A stretch of 64,000 nt of DNA, from contig OY968769.1 of the NCBI GenBank assembly GCA_963695345.1, positions 1,888,001 to 1,952,000 on the forward strand. Direction: 5' to 3'. Positions 10,559-20,787 of this stretch are shown here, in pieces. The notes beneath the pieces were generated by a model that worked only from the letters and a program-made list of their open reading frames with translations, was not told the DNA's origin and did not search any database. The first letter of the stretch is position 1. Each line of letters opens with the position of its first letter. The position numbers and the translations under genes were made by a program. The DNA comes from an uncultured Methanomassiliicoccales archaeon (GTDB lineage Archaea > Thermoplasmatota > Thermoplasmata > Methanomassiliicoccales > UBA472).

Positions 10559-13500
10559 TCATCCTTTTCCGAAAGGCCCGCTGCGCCGGACCAGCGGATC
10601 GACCGCGTCCTTAATTCCCCGGACCTTCTCCAGGTCTCCGTTCCACCCTTTCAGTGCCGGTCCGAAGTTCGTTTGGATATCGTCGATCACCGATTGCATG
10701 CGACCCGGCACCGACCCGGTCCGGTTCGAATGAAGTACGACAGCCAGATAGAATGATTCCCCTTTCTCGACGAGGATCTTCTTCTCGCCAAAGTCGAGGC
10801 GATTGAGCCCGGTGGAGGACTCATCCTTGAACGAATCCTTGACGAACATCTGGATAGCCACGAACATGGAGGCCAGGATATCATCGTCCATTCCCGGCTT
10901 TATACGCCTGGTCTGGTGCGCCATCAATTGGCCGTCCTGGAAGATGATGAACACCTCGTCCACAGGGACCAGGCTCCGATAGACCAGCAAGATCAGGACC
11001 GAGATGATCAGAGCTACAGCGGTCAAAATGGCCAGCTGCTCGGCGGAAATCCCCAAAGGAGCGGCCGCCTTTATATTCAACTGGTAGGTCTGGGTGGAGT
11101 AGGGGTTGTTGTTCTCGTCAATGGCGATTATGCTGTATGAAACGTTGGTGTCGGATGCCTGGGCGGGGATCTGACCGTAGAAGGTGTTCGGTCCGTTCAT
11201 GGGCGTCATCGCTATTGACAGCTCGTTGCCGTTGTTGATCCGGTATAGTAAGGTCACATTCCTGACTCCGAACAGGTCCGTCACCTTCGCCATGATCGTT
11301 ATCGCCTGGCCAGCGGTGGCATTGGCACCGGTGGACTCCAAGACCACCGTGGGAGAGGTACGGTCCACCAGGACTATCCTCTGCTCCAAGGCCGAGCCGG
11401 ATCCCCATTGGTCCCTGACCATCAAGGTGATGTTATACCTGCCATCACTGGCGAACTCATGCGATACGATCAGGTTGCTGGCGGAAAAGGCCGTCCATCC
11501 GCCCTGGTCTCCGAAGTTCCATCCATATGTCAGCGATGCGATATCGGAGGGGGTATCGGTCGACAGCGTGGCGTCGAAGAGCACCTCGCCGCTGTTCCGA
11601 GTGGAGTTCTGCGAGCTGAAGTGGGCCACTGGAACAAGGTTCTTGACCTGCACCTCTAGGTAGGCCGAGCACTCGGAGAACCCGTCATCATCCCATACCC
11701 TGACCTTCAGCCAGTGGATGCCCGGTTCCGTAAATGTCCAGGAGGTGTGGTTGGTTGCCAGCGGGTTCGATGCCACCCATGTCCCCCCGGTATTGTAGTC
11801 GAAATTCCATTCGTATTTCGTTATCGGTTTATAGGAAACGGCCGAGGCCCAGAAGCCTGCCTCTTGGTCCAGGTCATAGGTCAGGCCATCCGATGCTCCG
11901 AATCCCAGGATGCGCGGGTTCGATTCTTGCACTTTGACGACCATCCCCACAAGGCGCCATGAGCCGTCCGAAGCGGTCACGTTCAGGCTCACCCATCGGT
12001 CCCCATTCTCCGAGAATGTGAAGGAAGCCCCAGCAATATCGTTGTCATATCGATGCCAGGTCTGGTTATTGTCATATGACCAGTTCCACGATACGACCGG
12101 ATTGTATGATTCCGTGGTCACCGTGAACCTGGTCACCTCTCCCTCTGAGGACGGTCCGTTCAGTTCCAGGGACACCATCGGAGGCGTCGGTTGGACGTAC
12201 AGCCACTGTGCGGCCTCATCGGTGAATCCCTGCTCATCGGTCACATTGAGGACGATCCTGTACCATCCCTTCAACATGAATGCGTGGGTCACCCCCGTCG
12301 CGGTTCCGTTCGTTTCCGATCCATCCCCGAATGTCCACCGATAACTGACGATGGGGGTCCATGAGAGACCGCCGGTACTGTTGAAGAACGAGAGCGAGCC
12401 TACCCGGTTGATGGCGCTCTGGAAAGCGGCCGAAGGTTTCGCTTCGGTGACATGGAACGACCACAGGGTGGAATTCGAGATCCCGTCGTCGTCCGTTATG
12501 GTCAACCTGACAGTGTGCTCCCCGGCCCCGAAATTCTGCTTCGCGTCCTGGGAGCCATTGGCGTGGACGCCATCGAACTCCCATTGCCATGAACTGACGG
12601 CGGCATGGGAAACACCAGATGGCTGGCTGGTATCATTGAAGGAGACCCATCTCCCTTCGGACGGAGAATCGGGCCAGATGGTACAGCTTGCTGACGGGTA
12701 GGTCTGGTCGATCACGATGACCCTATTGTCAATGCTCTTAAGCCCTCCTCTGTCCGTGACCGTCAGACATACACAGTAGGTGAGGTTGTCCAGATATCTG
12801 TGGGTGACCGTTCTTCCATAACCGGTCCCCCCATCCCCGAAGTTCCAGGTATAGTTCAGGGTAACGATGTCCGAATACGAATCCAGGCTGGAGGCGCCGC
12901 TGAACGAGGCGTACTGGCCCCTATACTGGTGGGACGGCGCGGTCATCACCGCTACCGGGGCCAGATCGTGCTGGAACCAGATGCTCACGGAATGGCTGCC
13001 CGGTGAGCTGCAGACGATATCCGTCCTGCCGTCACCGTTGACATCCTGGGCCATTATGCCGGCCGGGGATGATCCGGTGGAGAGGTTGAAAATATTGACG
13101 AAGGTACCGTAACCGGTCCTGAGATATGCGGCCAGGCGTGGCGAATCAGAGTAACCGACAAGGACATCGGAGAGGCCATCATCGTTCACATCGCCGATGG
13201 TCAGCGAGGAGGATCTGCCCCTCAATGATAGCGAGGTTTCCGGGAAGAAGGTGGTATCGTCGAATCCATAGCTGGGCTGGATGAAGACCAATAGCCTCCC
13301 GTTCTGGGTGACGGCGGCGATATCGTCCTTTGCCGTGCCCCCGAGGTCCCCCAGAGCAATGGTTCGCATCAGGTCAGCGGACCCGGTGCTGAGGTTGGTT
13401 TTCGGAGAGTGCTGATAGTAGGAGCCCGGACCGCCCGGCAGGTTCCTGAGGTAGATCTCCACCTTGTTCATGCCTGTGTTCAGCAGGGCAATATCGGAAC

Positions 13501-15352
13501 TGTCGCCGTCCATGTTGAAATCGCTTACAACGATGTTCTCCCGGTCCCCGGCTATCGCACCGCCCAGGGTCTCGGACGAGGTCTGGTTGAAGGGCTGGCC
13601 GTCGCCGGTGTTGAAAAGAATGTAGCAACCTTGGCCATAGCCGACCATCAGGTCATCGAACTCCCCTCCTCTGAGGCATTCGGCCGACATGCATAGGGGA
13701 TCCGAGAAAGGAAGGGAGATATTCTTGTACGGCTGGCTGCCGGAAAAGAGCTGGGACCCGCGATAGAGGCTGATCGTGTGGGAGGCCGCATTGAGCACGG
13801 CCAGGTCTTCCACGCCGGTCAAGCTGAACCTGCCGAAAGCCACCGCGACCGGTCCATTCTGGGTTTGCATGGTCCATGTAGTGTTGGTCCTCTGGTTGTA
13901 AAGGAGGACCTTGTTCGCGGCGGTCAGGACGGTGGCCATGATGGTGTCGCCATTCGCCAGTTTGTCCGAGGCGATCGCCGTCAGCTTGTAGGAAGCGGTA
14001 AAGAGGTTCCTGCCGGCATTTCCGGTCAATCTCGGATTTGCGTTGAACCAGGTGAGCGACCCGTTCTCTCCTGAGGTCCCCTGGCATAGGATGAAGAGGC
14101 CTTCATGGCCGGCAATGGAATCGTCGATTATGGCCTTCAACGGCGATTCGTCAACTGGAAAGGTGAGGTTCGAGTATTGGCCAAAGAACCCGACCCCGTC
14201 CTGGAAGAACGTGCTTGCATTGGCGTATGCGTACGAGAGGGCGACCAAATCAACGGTAGGGTCATCGGATAGGTTCCCAACTGCCACGGAACCAAGCCCC
14301 AGAGGGGTTTTCAGAGGCGCATGCGGGGGATTGGTCGGAAACCCATTCCCGTCGTTCGGATAGATGCGCAGGGTCGAGTATCCCCCGGAGTTGCTGGAAT
14401 CTGCGAAGATCAGATCGCACCGGCCATCTCCATTGACATCGGCCAGCTGCACATCGGATGCCGATCCGGCGATCGTCTTCAACGATGTCGTCCATGCCGT
14501 CTTCCAAGTAGCTGGTTGGATCGCGATGAAGACATCCGTTCCGCTCTTATTGCCCACGATCAGGTCCATCCGGTCATCCCCGTCCACATATCCAGACGCT
14601 AGAAACTGGCTCTTGGTGAAAACGGGGTCTCCAGCGATCGAGATAGGTATTCTCCAGAAGTTGGTGGACGGATTCGAGAATGGGTATCTCCAGATGTTGA
14701 TGTTGTCGTCCTGGTCGACAGAGCCGCCCATGCAGACGGTGGCGATGCAATTGACCGCGCCGCCGTACCTGCCAATCACAACATCATATGGCTGGGCATC
14801 CACGTTCAGCTGAACACAGGTTGATGGACTGAAATGGGGGAAGCTCGCCGACTGATAGAAGATCGCAATATGTCCATTGCCCAACGAATCATTGTAGCTC
14901 ACCACGATATCGTTCAGTCCGGCTCCATCCAGGTCATAGATGACGATACTGCGCATATCGACAATATCCGACTTTGAGAGCATCCAAGGATTGCCGGAAA
15001 GCGCACCGTTGGCGCTCCTGTTGTAAATGCAGATCTCATTGGGCTGTTTGCTGATCACCGCGGCATCGCTCAGACCGTCATTGTTGAGGTCACCCATGGC
15101 GAAGTCTTGGCTGAGACGGTCAACACTGAGGACATACGATTGGTTGTCGAAGACCGTTCCAGACTGGAATTGCTTCGCCGGGGTGAACGTCTCCTCCAAA
15201 GGACCAGAGGGAATTATGTTCGATGGCGAGGCGGCCGCGGTCGTCTTTTCCACCGTCAGGCCATTTTGGCTGGAGCCGGAGCTAAGCCCCGTCGCCAGCA
15301 AGAGCGCGACCATAAGCAATGCTACTGCCGCAGTGCCTAACGCTTTCCTCAT
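10559..15352 (-). CDS. Large surface protein with FG-GAP/VCBS repeats, multiple PKD domains, TM helix and cytoplasmic C-terminal domain
   Basis: Signal peptide, repeated GDLNNDGLSD/DVNGDGRTD motifs, YTWNFGDG/WTFGDG PKD motifs, TM near the C-terminus. Confidence 0.85.
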   Translation of the reverse strand: MRKALGTAAVALLMVALLLATGLSSGSSQNGLTVEKTTAAASPSNIIPSGPLEETFTPAKQFQSGTVFDNQSYVLSVDRLSQDFAMGDLNNDGLSDAAVISKQPNEICIYNRSANGALSGNPWMLSKSDIVDMRSIVIYDLDGAGLNDIVVSYNDSLGNGHIAIFYQSASFPHFSPSTCVQLNVDAQPYDVVIGRYGGAVNCIATVCMGGSVDQDDNINIWRYPFSNPSTNFWRIPISIAGDPVFTKSQFLASGYVDGDDRMDLIVGNKSGTDVFIAIQPATWKTAWTTSLKTIAGSASDVQLADVNGDGRCDLIFADSSNSGGYSTLRIYPNDGNGFPTNPPHAPLKTPLGLGSVAVGNLSDDPTVDLVALSYAYANASTFFQDGVGFFGQYSNLTFPVDESPLKAIIDDSIAGHEGLFILCQGTSGENGSLTWFNANPRLTGNAGRNLFTASYKLTAIASDKLANGDTIMATVLTAANKVLLYNQRTNTTWTMQTQNGPVAVAFGRFSLTGVEDLAVLNAASHTISLYRGSQLFSGSQPYKNISLPFSDPLCMSAECLRGGEFDDLMVGYGQGCYILFNTGDGQPFNQTSSETLGGAIAGDRENIVVSDFNMDGDSSDIALLNTGMNKVEIYLRNLPGGPGSYYQHSPKTNLSTGSADLMRTIALGDLGGTAKDDIAAVTQNGRLLVFIQPSYGFDDTTFFPETSLSLRGRSSSLTIGDVNDDGLSDVLVGYSDSPRLAAYLRTGYGTFVNIFNLSTGSSPAGIMAQDVNGDGRTDIVCSSPGSHSVSIWFQHDLAPVAVMTAPSHQYRGQYASFSGASSLDSYSDIVTLNYTWNFGDGGTGYGRTVTHRYLDNLTYCVCLTVTDRGGLKSIDNRVIVIDQTYPSASCTIWPDSPSEGRWVSFNDTSQPSGVSHAAVSSWQWEFDGVHANGSQDAKQNFGAGEHTVRLTITDDDGISNSTLWSFHVTEAKPSAAFQSAINRVGSLSFFNSTGGLSWTPIVSYRWTFGDGSETNGTATGVTHAFMLKGWYRIVLNVTDEQGFTDEAAQWLYVQPTPPMVSLELNGPSSEGEVTRFTVTTESYNPVVSWNWSYDNNQTWHRYDNDIAGASFTFSENGDRWVSLNVTASDGSWRLVGMVVKVQESNPRILGFGASDGLTYDLDQEAGFWASAVSYKPITKYEWNFDYNTGGTWVASNPLATNHTSWTFTEPGIHWLKVRVWDDDGFSECSAYLEVQVKNLVPVAHFSSQNSTRNSGEVLFDATLSTDTPSDIASLTYGWNFGDQGGWTAFSASNLIVSHEFASDGRYNITLMVRDQWGSGSALEQRIVLVDRTSPTVVLESTGANATAGQAITIMAKVTDLFGVRNVTLLYRINNGNELSIAMTPMNGPNTFYGQIPAQASDTNVSYSIIAIDENNNPYSTQTYQLNIKAAAPLGISAEQLAILTAVALIISVLILLVYRSLVPVDEVFIIFQDGQLMAHQTRRIKPGMDDDILASMFVAIQMFVKDSFKDESSTGLNRLDFGEKKILVEKGESFYLAVVLHSNRTGSVPGRMQSVIDDIQTNFGPALKGWNGDLEKVRGIKDAVDPLVRRSGPFGKG

Positions 15353-15598
15353 GCCATCCCTTACGGGCCCAAAAATGAAAGTGATGGTCCATATATAGTC
15401 GCTCTCAAATTCTACCTCCTGTAAATATCAAGCGATCCTCATCCCGGATCATCCCCAAGGTCTGATTGAGAACTATCGAATTCCGACCTATCGTATCAAA
15501 TATCTTAGTACTGGCTACATTAAGGTGGGACTATTATCACTATCAGTCGGGAGAATCTCGAGAATATCACTTTATATAAATCCGCCCGTTCAATAGGT

Positions 15599-15967
15599 TT
15601 GATGGAATCGAAAGCCGTGGGGTTTGACCTCGCGGAATTAGCGCTTGACGCCGATGCCGCGAAGATCCTAGCTCTAACTTACACCAACCCAAGAGGGGTG
15701 AGAGAGCTCTGTGATGTACTTAAGATACCGCAGGTCAAATGCTATAGGCGCATTAAGGACCTGGAGAAATTGGGGCTACTGAAGGGAATTGGATCAAACA
15801 AACGAAATAGGACATACTCGTCGAACATGGAACGCATGTCGCTGATCATCAACGACAGTCGCATGGTCTTGACGACAGAATTCAAAGATGGTGGAAAGAG
15901 CAGCTTCGACCTAAAATTGAATCCAGAAAGCGGTTCTTCCACCACCAACCACCAGACCAATCAGTGA
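15599..15967 (+). CDS. Winged-helix (ArsR-like) transcriptional regulator
   Basis: KILALT...VRELCDVLKIPQVKCYRRIKDLEKLGLL HTH pattern. TATA-like TTTATATAAA upstream. Confidence 0.75.
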   Translation: MMESKAVGFDLAELALDADAAKILALTYTNPRGVRELCDVLKIPQVKCYRRIKDLEKLGLLKGIGSNKRNRTYSSNMERMSLIINDSRMVLTTEFKDGGKSSFDLKLNPESGSSTTNHQTNQ

Positions 15968-15984
15968 TATTGAAAGGACATATC

Positions 15985-16257
15985 TCAACTTTCTAGGACC
16001 GCATAAGAATAGATCGATTCTGCCAATTCCCGAACCGCTTCCTTGTCGGTCGCTGGGGTCACCAGCAGCCTTCCGTTCGTGTACAATGTTACCTCGATAC
16101 CTTCCCTTTTTGCGATGATCATCACTGGATTCTGGTCCACCTCAAATCCGTTGGCGCGGAGGGACTCCGAGGTGCGATCGAGATTGAATCGTATCGGCGT
16201 CTGGGGCACCGCCGACATCGCCTCGGACTTGCATATTCGGATGATTCGGAACTTCAT
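15985..16257 (-). CDS. Hypothetical protein (small alpha/beta, ThiF C-terminal/TBP-like)
   Basis: EVTLYTNGRLLV...DKEAVREL pattern in a compact ORF. Confidence 0.55.
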   Translation of the reverse strand: MKFRIIRICKSEAMSAVPQTPIRFNLDRTSESLRANGFEVDQNPVMIIAKREGIEVTLYTNGRLLVTPATDKEAVRELAESIYSYAVLES

Positions 16258-16296
16258 CTGCTAAGTCATTGATGACCGTCTATTGAATACATGCTC

Positions 16297-16470
16297 TCAT
16301 TCGGGACCTGTGATTGACCTTGAAGAAGATCCTCGGCATATCGCCTCAGGCCCTATTGTCCGATGGATGGCCGCCGATCCGCTTGAATGTTCTAACCGCA
16401 GGGCATCGTAGTCCGCCAAACATAAGGGCATCATGGTCCTGGGCCGAGCTACCCTGACCTCTTTGTTCAT
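16297..16470 (-). CDS. Possible small hypothetical protein
   Basis: ATG preceded by GAGG. No recognisable domain. Confidence 0.3.
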   Translation of the reverse strand: MNKEVRVARPRTMMPLCLADYDALRLEHSSGSAAIHRTIGPEAICRGSSSRSITGPE

Positions 16471-16548
16471 TGACCTCAGAGGGTCGAGGATGTCCCGTCT
16501 CTGGAAGTGCACTCATCTGTATCGGACCAGCAGACACAAATGTCTTCG

Positions 16549-17082
16549 TTACGGGATCGAGTCAAGCATTTGCGCGCATCCGGACCTGAACTCTGCCAAA
16601 GTGCCCTCGTTGATGATCATCAGGTCCGCCAACGCTATCAACGATCCCAGTCCCCAGGACAGCTCCCGTTCGTCCCGGGCATCGAACTCCTCCCTGCTTC
16701 CCGGAGCATCTTGCCGGGCGCGCTTGACCAGGCGGGGATGCCGTGTGCGGGGCGATGAGTGTATCGCAACCAGTTTGATGTCTAACCCGAAACGCTCCTG
16801 GTAGACCTTCAGTTCCATGATCCCGCGCGAACCATCAATTATCGTCCTTTCCGATTTGACCCGATCCAAGCAGCGTTTTGCCCAGATGTCATAGCCGTAC
16901 TTCTGCCTCTCCGCGTTGGCGAATCCGCCTACGCCCTTGTCGCTGACCCCTGCGGAAGTACTAGCGGCGAACTCCCTGACCACGTCGCCCATCCTCACCA
17001 CCTGGAAACCTCTTTCGATAGCAACCGAGACGAATTCTTCTTTCCCCGCCCCGGGCATCCCTGCGATCACGATAAGGACCAT
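16549..17082 (-). CDS. UPF0200 P-loop kinase (dephospho-CoA kinase-like)
   Basis: GMPGAGK, MGDVVRE, IDGSR, RDERELSWGLGSLIALAD. Confidence 0.85.
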   Translation of the reverse strand: MVLIVIAGMPGAGKEEFVSVAIERGFQVVRMGDVVREFAASTSAGVSDKGVGGFANAERQKYGYDIWAKRCLDRVKSERTIIDGSRGIMELKVYQERFGLDIKLVAIHSSPRTRHPRLVKRARQDAPGSREEFDARDERELSWGLGSLIALADLMIINEGTLAEFRSGCAQMLDSIP

Positions 17083-17185
17083 GTTGTCAATCCCGAATTT
17101 ATCCCTGAAGATATTAAGAGTTCTCCAGTTTCTCGAATTTCATAAATCAGAGAAATGACAGAAACATATTAAATGGAAACAGGAT

Positions 17186-17629
17186 ATGGTATTTGGACTG
17201 AGTGTAGGGTCAGGGGAAATTTTCGGAGGTATGGGATTGCAGGGAACGAAATCTGTTGAGAATGTTCTTGACGAAATAATCAATGCTGAGTTCGGAAAGG
17301 ACCAGAAGATCGAGAGCGTCTCGGTCGTGTCCAAGAGCGGCCTCATCATCACAGGAGATCCAACCAGATTGCCGGCCAAGCCTGAGATGTTCTCGGCAAT
17401 GATCTCCGTTATCTTCAGCTCAGCCGAGTCCTCCCGGGTAGAGCCGAAGAAGGACAAACTGGAATATGTCATTGGCGTGTACAAGACGAAGAAGATCTTC
17501 GTTTGGGAGCTCTCCCAGAGCCTTATGATCGCGCTGACCTGCGACCGTGACATACCGGATGAAATGATGCTCGCAAGGATACAGAACGTGGCGAACAAGA
17601 CCAAGGAAGAACTGGTCTGGCTGCGTTGA
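17186..17629 (+). CDS. Roadblock/LC7 domain protein
   Basis: IESVSVVSKSGLII...EMFSAMISVIFSSAE pattern. Confidence 0.75.
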   Translation: MVFGLSVGSGEIFGGMGLQGTKSVENVLDEIINAEFGKDQKIESVSVVSKSGLIITGDPTRLPAKPEMFSAMISVIFSSAESSRVEPKKDKLEYVIGVYKTKKIFVWELSQSLMIALTCDRDIPDEMMLARIQNVANKTKEELVWLR

Positions 17630-17754
17630 ATTTCTAGGCATCTTCCCTTGCCAGAGGGAGTGAACTGGCATCTGTTTCTGTAGCGAATCTTCAGGTCCGG
17701 GGGTTATTCCCCGCCAGAATCGTCCTTTTGCTTGATGGATACGGTCTGGGAAGC

Positions 17755-18213
17755 CTATAGCAGGTTCTCTCCGATGTCCTCGACGATGCGGTCGCAATAT
17801 ATGCAACGCAGCACCGGGGGGTTCTTTGATTCGACGACGAACTCTGGCTCCACCGGCTCGTTGAGGTTGGTGATGCAATTGGGGTTGCCGCACTTTGCCT
17901 TGCCGCGGACGATGTCCGGTAGCCTCACGTGGTGCTTCTCCGCCACATTGAAATCGCGGATGATGTTGATCGTGGCCTTGGGCGATATCAAGGCGATCTT
18001 GTCCACATCCTTGGGGTCGAGTTCCCGGTCCTCCACCTTGACCACGTCCTTCCAGACGGCCTTTTTCGAAGGTACGTGCATGAGGACGGATACCGGTGAC
18101 TGGACGTTACCTTCCTTCAGCCCGATGATCCTTAGGACCTTGAGCGCCATGCCGCAGTCGATGTGATCGATGACGGTCCCGTTCCTGATCGGTGTGACCT
18201 TGAACTCCTTCAT
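17755..18213 (-). CDS. pyrI: Aspartate carbamoyltransferase regulatory subunit
   Basis: IRNGTVIDHI, CGNPNCIT, CIYC. Confidence 0.97.
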   Translation of the reverse strand: MKEFKVTPIRNGTVIDHIDCGMALKVLRIIGLKEGNVQSPVSVLMHVPSKKAVWKDVVKVEDRELDPKDVDKIALISPKATINIIRDFNVAEKHHVRLPDIVRGKAKCGNPNCITNLNEPVEPEFVVESKNPPVLRCIYCDRIVEDIGENLL

Positions 18214-19142
18214 TACAATTCACCTCCGAGCACCAGGTTCAACAGGGCCATCCGCACCGGGACTCCGTTGAACGCCTGTTCGAAGTACTTGGCGTGCTGC
18301 GTGGTATCGACCTCCGGGGCGATCTCATCCACCCGGGGCAACGGATGCATGACGATTAGGTCGCTCTTGGCCTCGCGCAGCAATGAGTTGTCGACGCGAT
18401 ACATGCCAGCCACCTTCTGGTATTCAGCCGCGTCGGGGAATCTCTCACGTTGTATCCTGGTGATGTATAGAACGTCAGCGTCGGCGATGACCTCGGACAG
18501 CTTGACCCTGAGCTTTGGTTTCCCGCCGTTCTTCTCCACCTGCTTGATCGTCTCCTTCGGCATCTGCAACGTCGAAGGTGCCACGAAGGTGAGGTCGGCC
18601 CCGAACATGGTAAGTGCCTCGGCCAGGGAATGCACGGTGCGACCGTACTTCAGATCCCCCACCATCGCCACCTTGATGCCATCAATGGACTTCTTGGAAC
18701 GTCTGATGGTGAATAGGTCGAGCAGGGTCTGGGTCGGATGCTGGCCTGCGCCATCTCCGGCATTGATGACCGGCTTTGTGGAGAACCGCGCCGCCAACCG
18801 CGCCGCCCCTTCATGCGGATGACGCAGAACGATGACATCGGAATATGACTCGACCATGCGGATGGTGTCGGCCAGTGTCTCTCCTTTGACTATGGAGGTC
18901 ATGGAAGGCACACCCATGTCGATGGACTGACCATGGAGCCTGCTTATGGCCGACTCAAACGACATCCTGGTGCGGGTGGATGGCTCGAAGAACAGGTTCG
19001 CCAGGATCCGGCCGTCCAGGGCCTTGGTGAACTTCTCCCCTTTGGCGTAGGGGATCATTTTCTCGGAAAGGTCCAGGACAGTATCGATCTGCTCCCGGCT
19101 AAGGTCCCTGATAGAAACGATGTCCATACCCTTGAAGTTCAT
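18213..19142 (-). CDS. pyrB: Aspartate carbamoyltransferase catalytic subunit
   Basis: FFEPSTRTRMSF, NAGDGAGQHPTQ, MHPLPR. Confidence 0.98.
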   Translation of the reverse strand: MNFKGMDIVSIRDLSREQIDTVLDLSEKMIPYAKGEKFTKALDGRILANLFFEPSTRTRMSFESAISRLHGQSIDMGVPSMTSIVKGETLADTIRMVESYSDVIVLRHPHEGAARLAARFSTKPVINAGDGAGQHPTQTLLDLFTIRRSKKSIDGIKVAMVGDLKYGRTVHSLAEALTMFGADLTFVAPSTLQMPKETIKQVEKNGGKPKLRVKLSEVIADADVLYITRIQRERFPDAAEYQKVAGMYRVDNSLLREAKSDLIVMHPLPRVDEIAPEVDTTQHAKYFEQAFNGVPVRMALLNLVLGGEL

Positions 19143-19233
19143 GTTCTCGGAATCGGTATGCTTCGGTGGCATATATTACCCTTGGTAGAATTGCTGGCAT
19201 GTTTAGGTGGCAATAATCGGGGGGAAGTCCCGC

Positions 19234-19611
19234 TCACTTCTCTGGCCGGTTATCCGCCGGTTCCCCGAACTTGGTCAGGATGAACTGCATCCTCTCATAC
19301 CAGTCGTCCACGCAGTGCTTCAGCTTCTGTTCCAGCTCGGCCCGGCTGATGGCCCGATAGAGGTGAAAGTAGCCCCCGCGCTCGATGCTCTTGGTCTCTC
19401 GGAAGCACATGCCGCAGGTCATCATCTTCTGCAGCGCCCGATAAACCGTAGACCGGTCCTTGCCCATCAGGTCAGCCAGGTCATCCGCTCTTTTCGGTCC
19501 GACGGCAATCAAATGGTTAAATACATCTACCTCGAACTCGCTCAAAGAGAAGGCGCACTGGACAAGATCCTTGCAATTAGAAACGTTGTTTATCATCTTT
19601 TCCGGGAGCAC
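19234..19611 (-). CDS. TrmB-like HTH transcriptional regulator, Cys-rich
   Basis: CKDLVQCAFSLS...DDLADLMGKDRSTVYRALQKM...GGYFHLY. Confidence 0.8.
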   Translation of the reverse strand: MLPEKMINNVSNCKDLVQCAFSLSEFEVDVFNHLIAVGPKRADDLADLMGKDRSTVYRALQKMMTCGMCFRETKSIERGGYFHLYRAISRAELEQKLKHCVDDWYERMQFILTKFGEPADNRPEK

Positions 19612-19620
19612 GGTTCACTC

Positions 19621-19685
19621 CTGCGCTTTTGTGCAGTAAGTCTTATAAACTCGCAGTTATATAAGATTGTTGCACAACCGTGCAA
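19621..19685. promoter_or_regulatory. Divergent promoter with back-to-back TATA boxes and two TGCRC-N4-GTGCA palindromes
   Basis: CTGCGC-TTTT-GTGCAG (19621-36), CTTATAAA (19642-49), TTATATAA (19657-64), TTGCAC-AACC-GTGCAA (19670-85). Confidence 0.7.
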
Positions 19686-19701
19686 AACCGAAGGGACCAA
19701 C

Positions 19702-19932
19702 ATGCAGAAAGATGAGACATTGGACTGCAAGGGCCTGATGTGCCCGATGCCTATAGTCAAGCTGGCTAAAAAGATGAAAGAGCTTCCGGCAGGGAAGGTT
19801 CTCGAGATGGTATCAGATGACGTTGGCTCCAAGGAGGACGTCCCAGCCTGGTGCAAGAGGACGAACAATGAACTTGTCGAGATGAAGGAAGACAAGGGCG
19901 TCTTCTACTACTACATCAAGAAGCTGGCATGA
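19702..19932 (+). CDS. tusA: Sulfurtransferase TusA family protein
   Basis: LDCKGLMCPMP (CPxP motif), DVPAWC. Confidence 0.93.
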   Translation: MQKDETLDCKGLMCPMPIVKLAKKMKELPAGKVLEMVSDDVGSKEDVPAWCKRTNNELVEMKEDKGVFYYYIKKLA

Positions 19933-20039
19933 GGGAGAAGGGGCCGCTCAGGAGCCCTCCGACCCCATTGACGGGGTCATTGTGGTCAACCCAAATTAGA
20001 AAAGTTGGGTGCGGCCAAGAACGTCCGATTGATTGATCG

Positions 20040-20468
20040 ATGGAAGTGATTCGAATGGTTGAAAAAGCTAAGAGATTGGTCATCGTAGTGTCCGAGGACA
20101 AGTTCGACAAGGCGATGATGTCATTGATGATGGCGAACACCGCTGCGAGCATGGGCATGGAGGTGCACGTGTTCCATTCGTTCTTCGGGCTAAGCCTGCT
20201 GAAGAAGGGCAAGCTGCCAAAGCTGGGCGGCATGATGCGTCTGTTCACGGGAGTGTTCGTGGGAAGGATGAAGGCGGTCGGGATTGAGAATTACCCCGCC
20301 CAGCTGGCGATGGCGATGGATCTGGGTGTGAACATATACGCCTGCAGCACCACGATGGCCCTGATGAGGATAAAGAAGGAGGACATGGTCGACGGCGTGA
20401 AGATACTGGGCGCGGCCGGTTTCATGGACATTGCGGCGGATGGCGACATATCGCTGTTCATCGGTTAA
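20040..20468 (+). CDS. DsrE/DsrF/DrsH-like (DsrE2) protein
   Basis: ANTAASMGMEVHVFHSFFGL, YACSTTM, ILGAAGF...LFI. Confidence 0.88.
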   Translation: MEVIRMVEKAKRLVIVVSEDKFDKAMMSLMMANTAASMGMEVHVFHSFFGLSLLKKGKLPKLGGMMRLFTGVFVGRMKAVGIENYPAQLAMAMDLGVNIYACSTTMALMRIKKEDMVDGVKILGAAGFMDIAADGDISLFIG

Positions 20469-20479
20469 GGTGATAAAAC

Positions 20480-20785
20480 ATGACATCAATCCTATTCCTG
20501 CTGTTCAAATCGCCGCATGAATTCGGAGCATCGCTGGACATGATCGATAAGATCGCTGGCGACGGGGAGCGGGCGGCCATCCTGTTCGAGGACGCTGCCT
20601 ATTACGCGGTGGACAAGAAGAACGGGGCGAAGTTGCTCAGTTCCGTGAAGGAGGTCTTCGTCATGAGCGATGACCTACAGGCCAAGGGCTTCGGCGGAAA
20701 GGCGATGCCCGGATTCAAGGAGATCGAGTATCCAGAGGCTGTCGAGCTGATCATGGAACGGTTCGACAAGACCATCACTTTGTAG
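20480..20785 (+). CDS. DsrH/TusB family sulfur relay protein
   Basis: KSPH, ILFEDAAY, DDLQAKG, IEYPEAVELI. Confidence 0.8.
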   Translation: MTSILFLLFKSPHEFGASLDMIDKIAGDGERAAILFEDAAYYAVDKKNGAKLLSSVKEVFVMSDDLQAKGFGGKAMPGFKEIEYPEAVELIMERFDKTITL

Positions 20786-20787
20786 GT

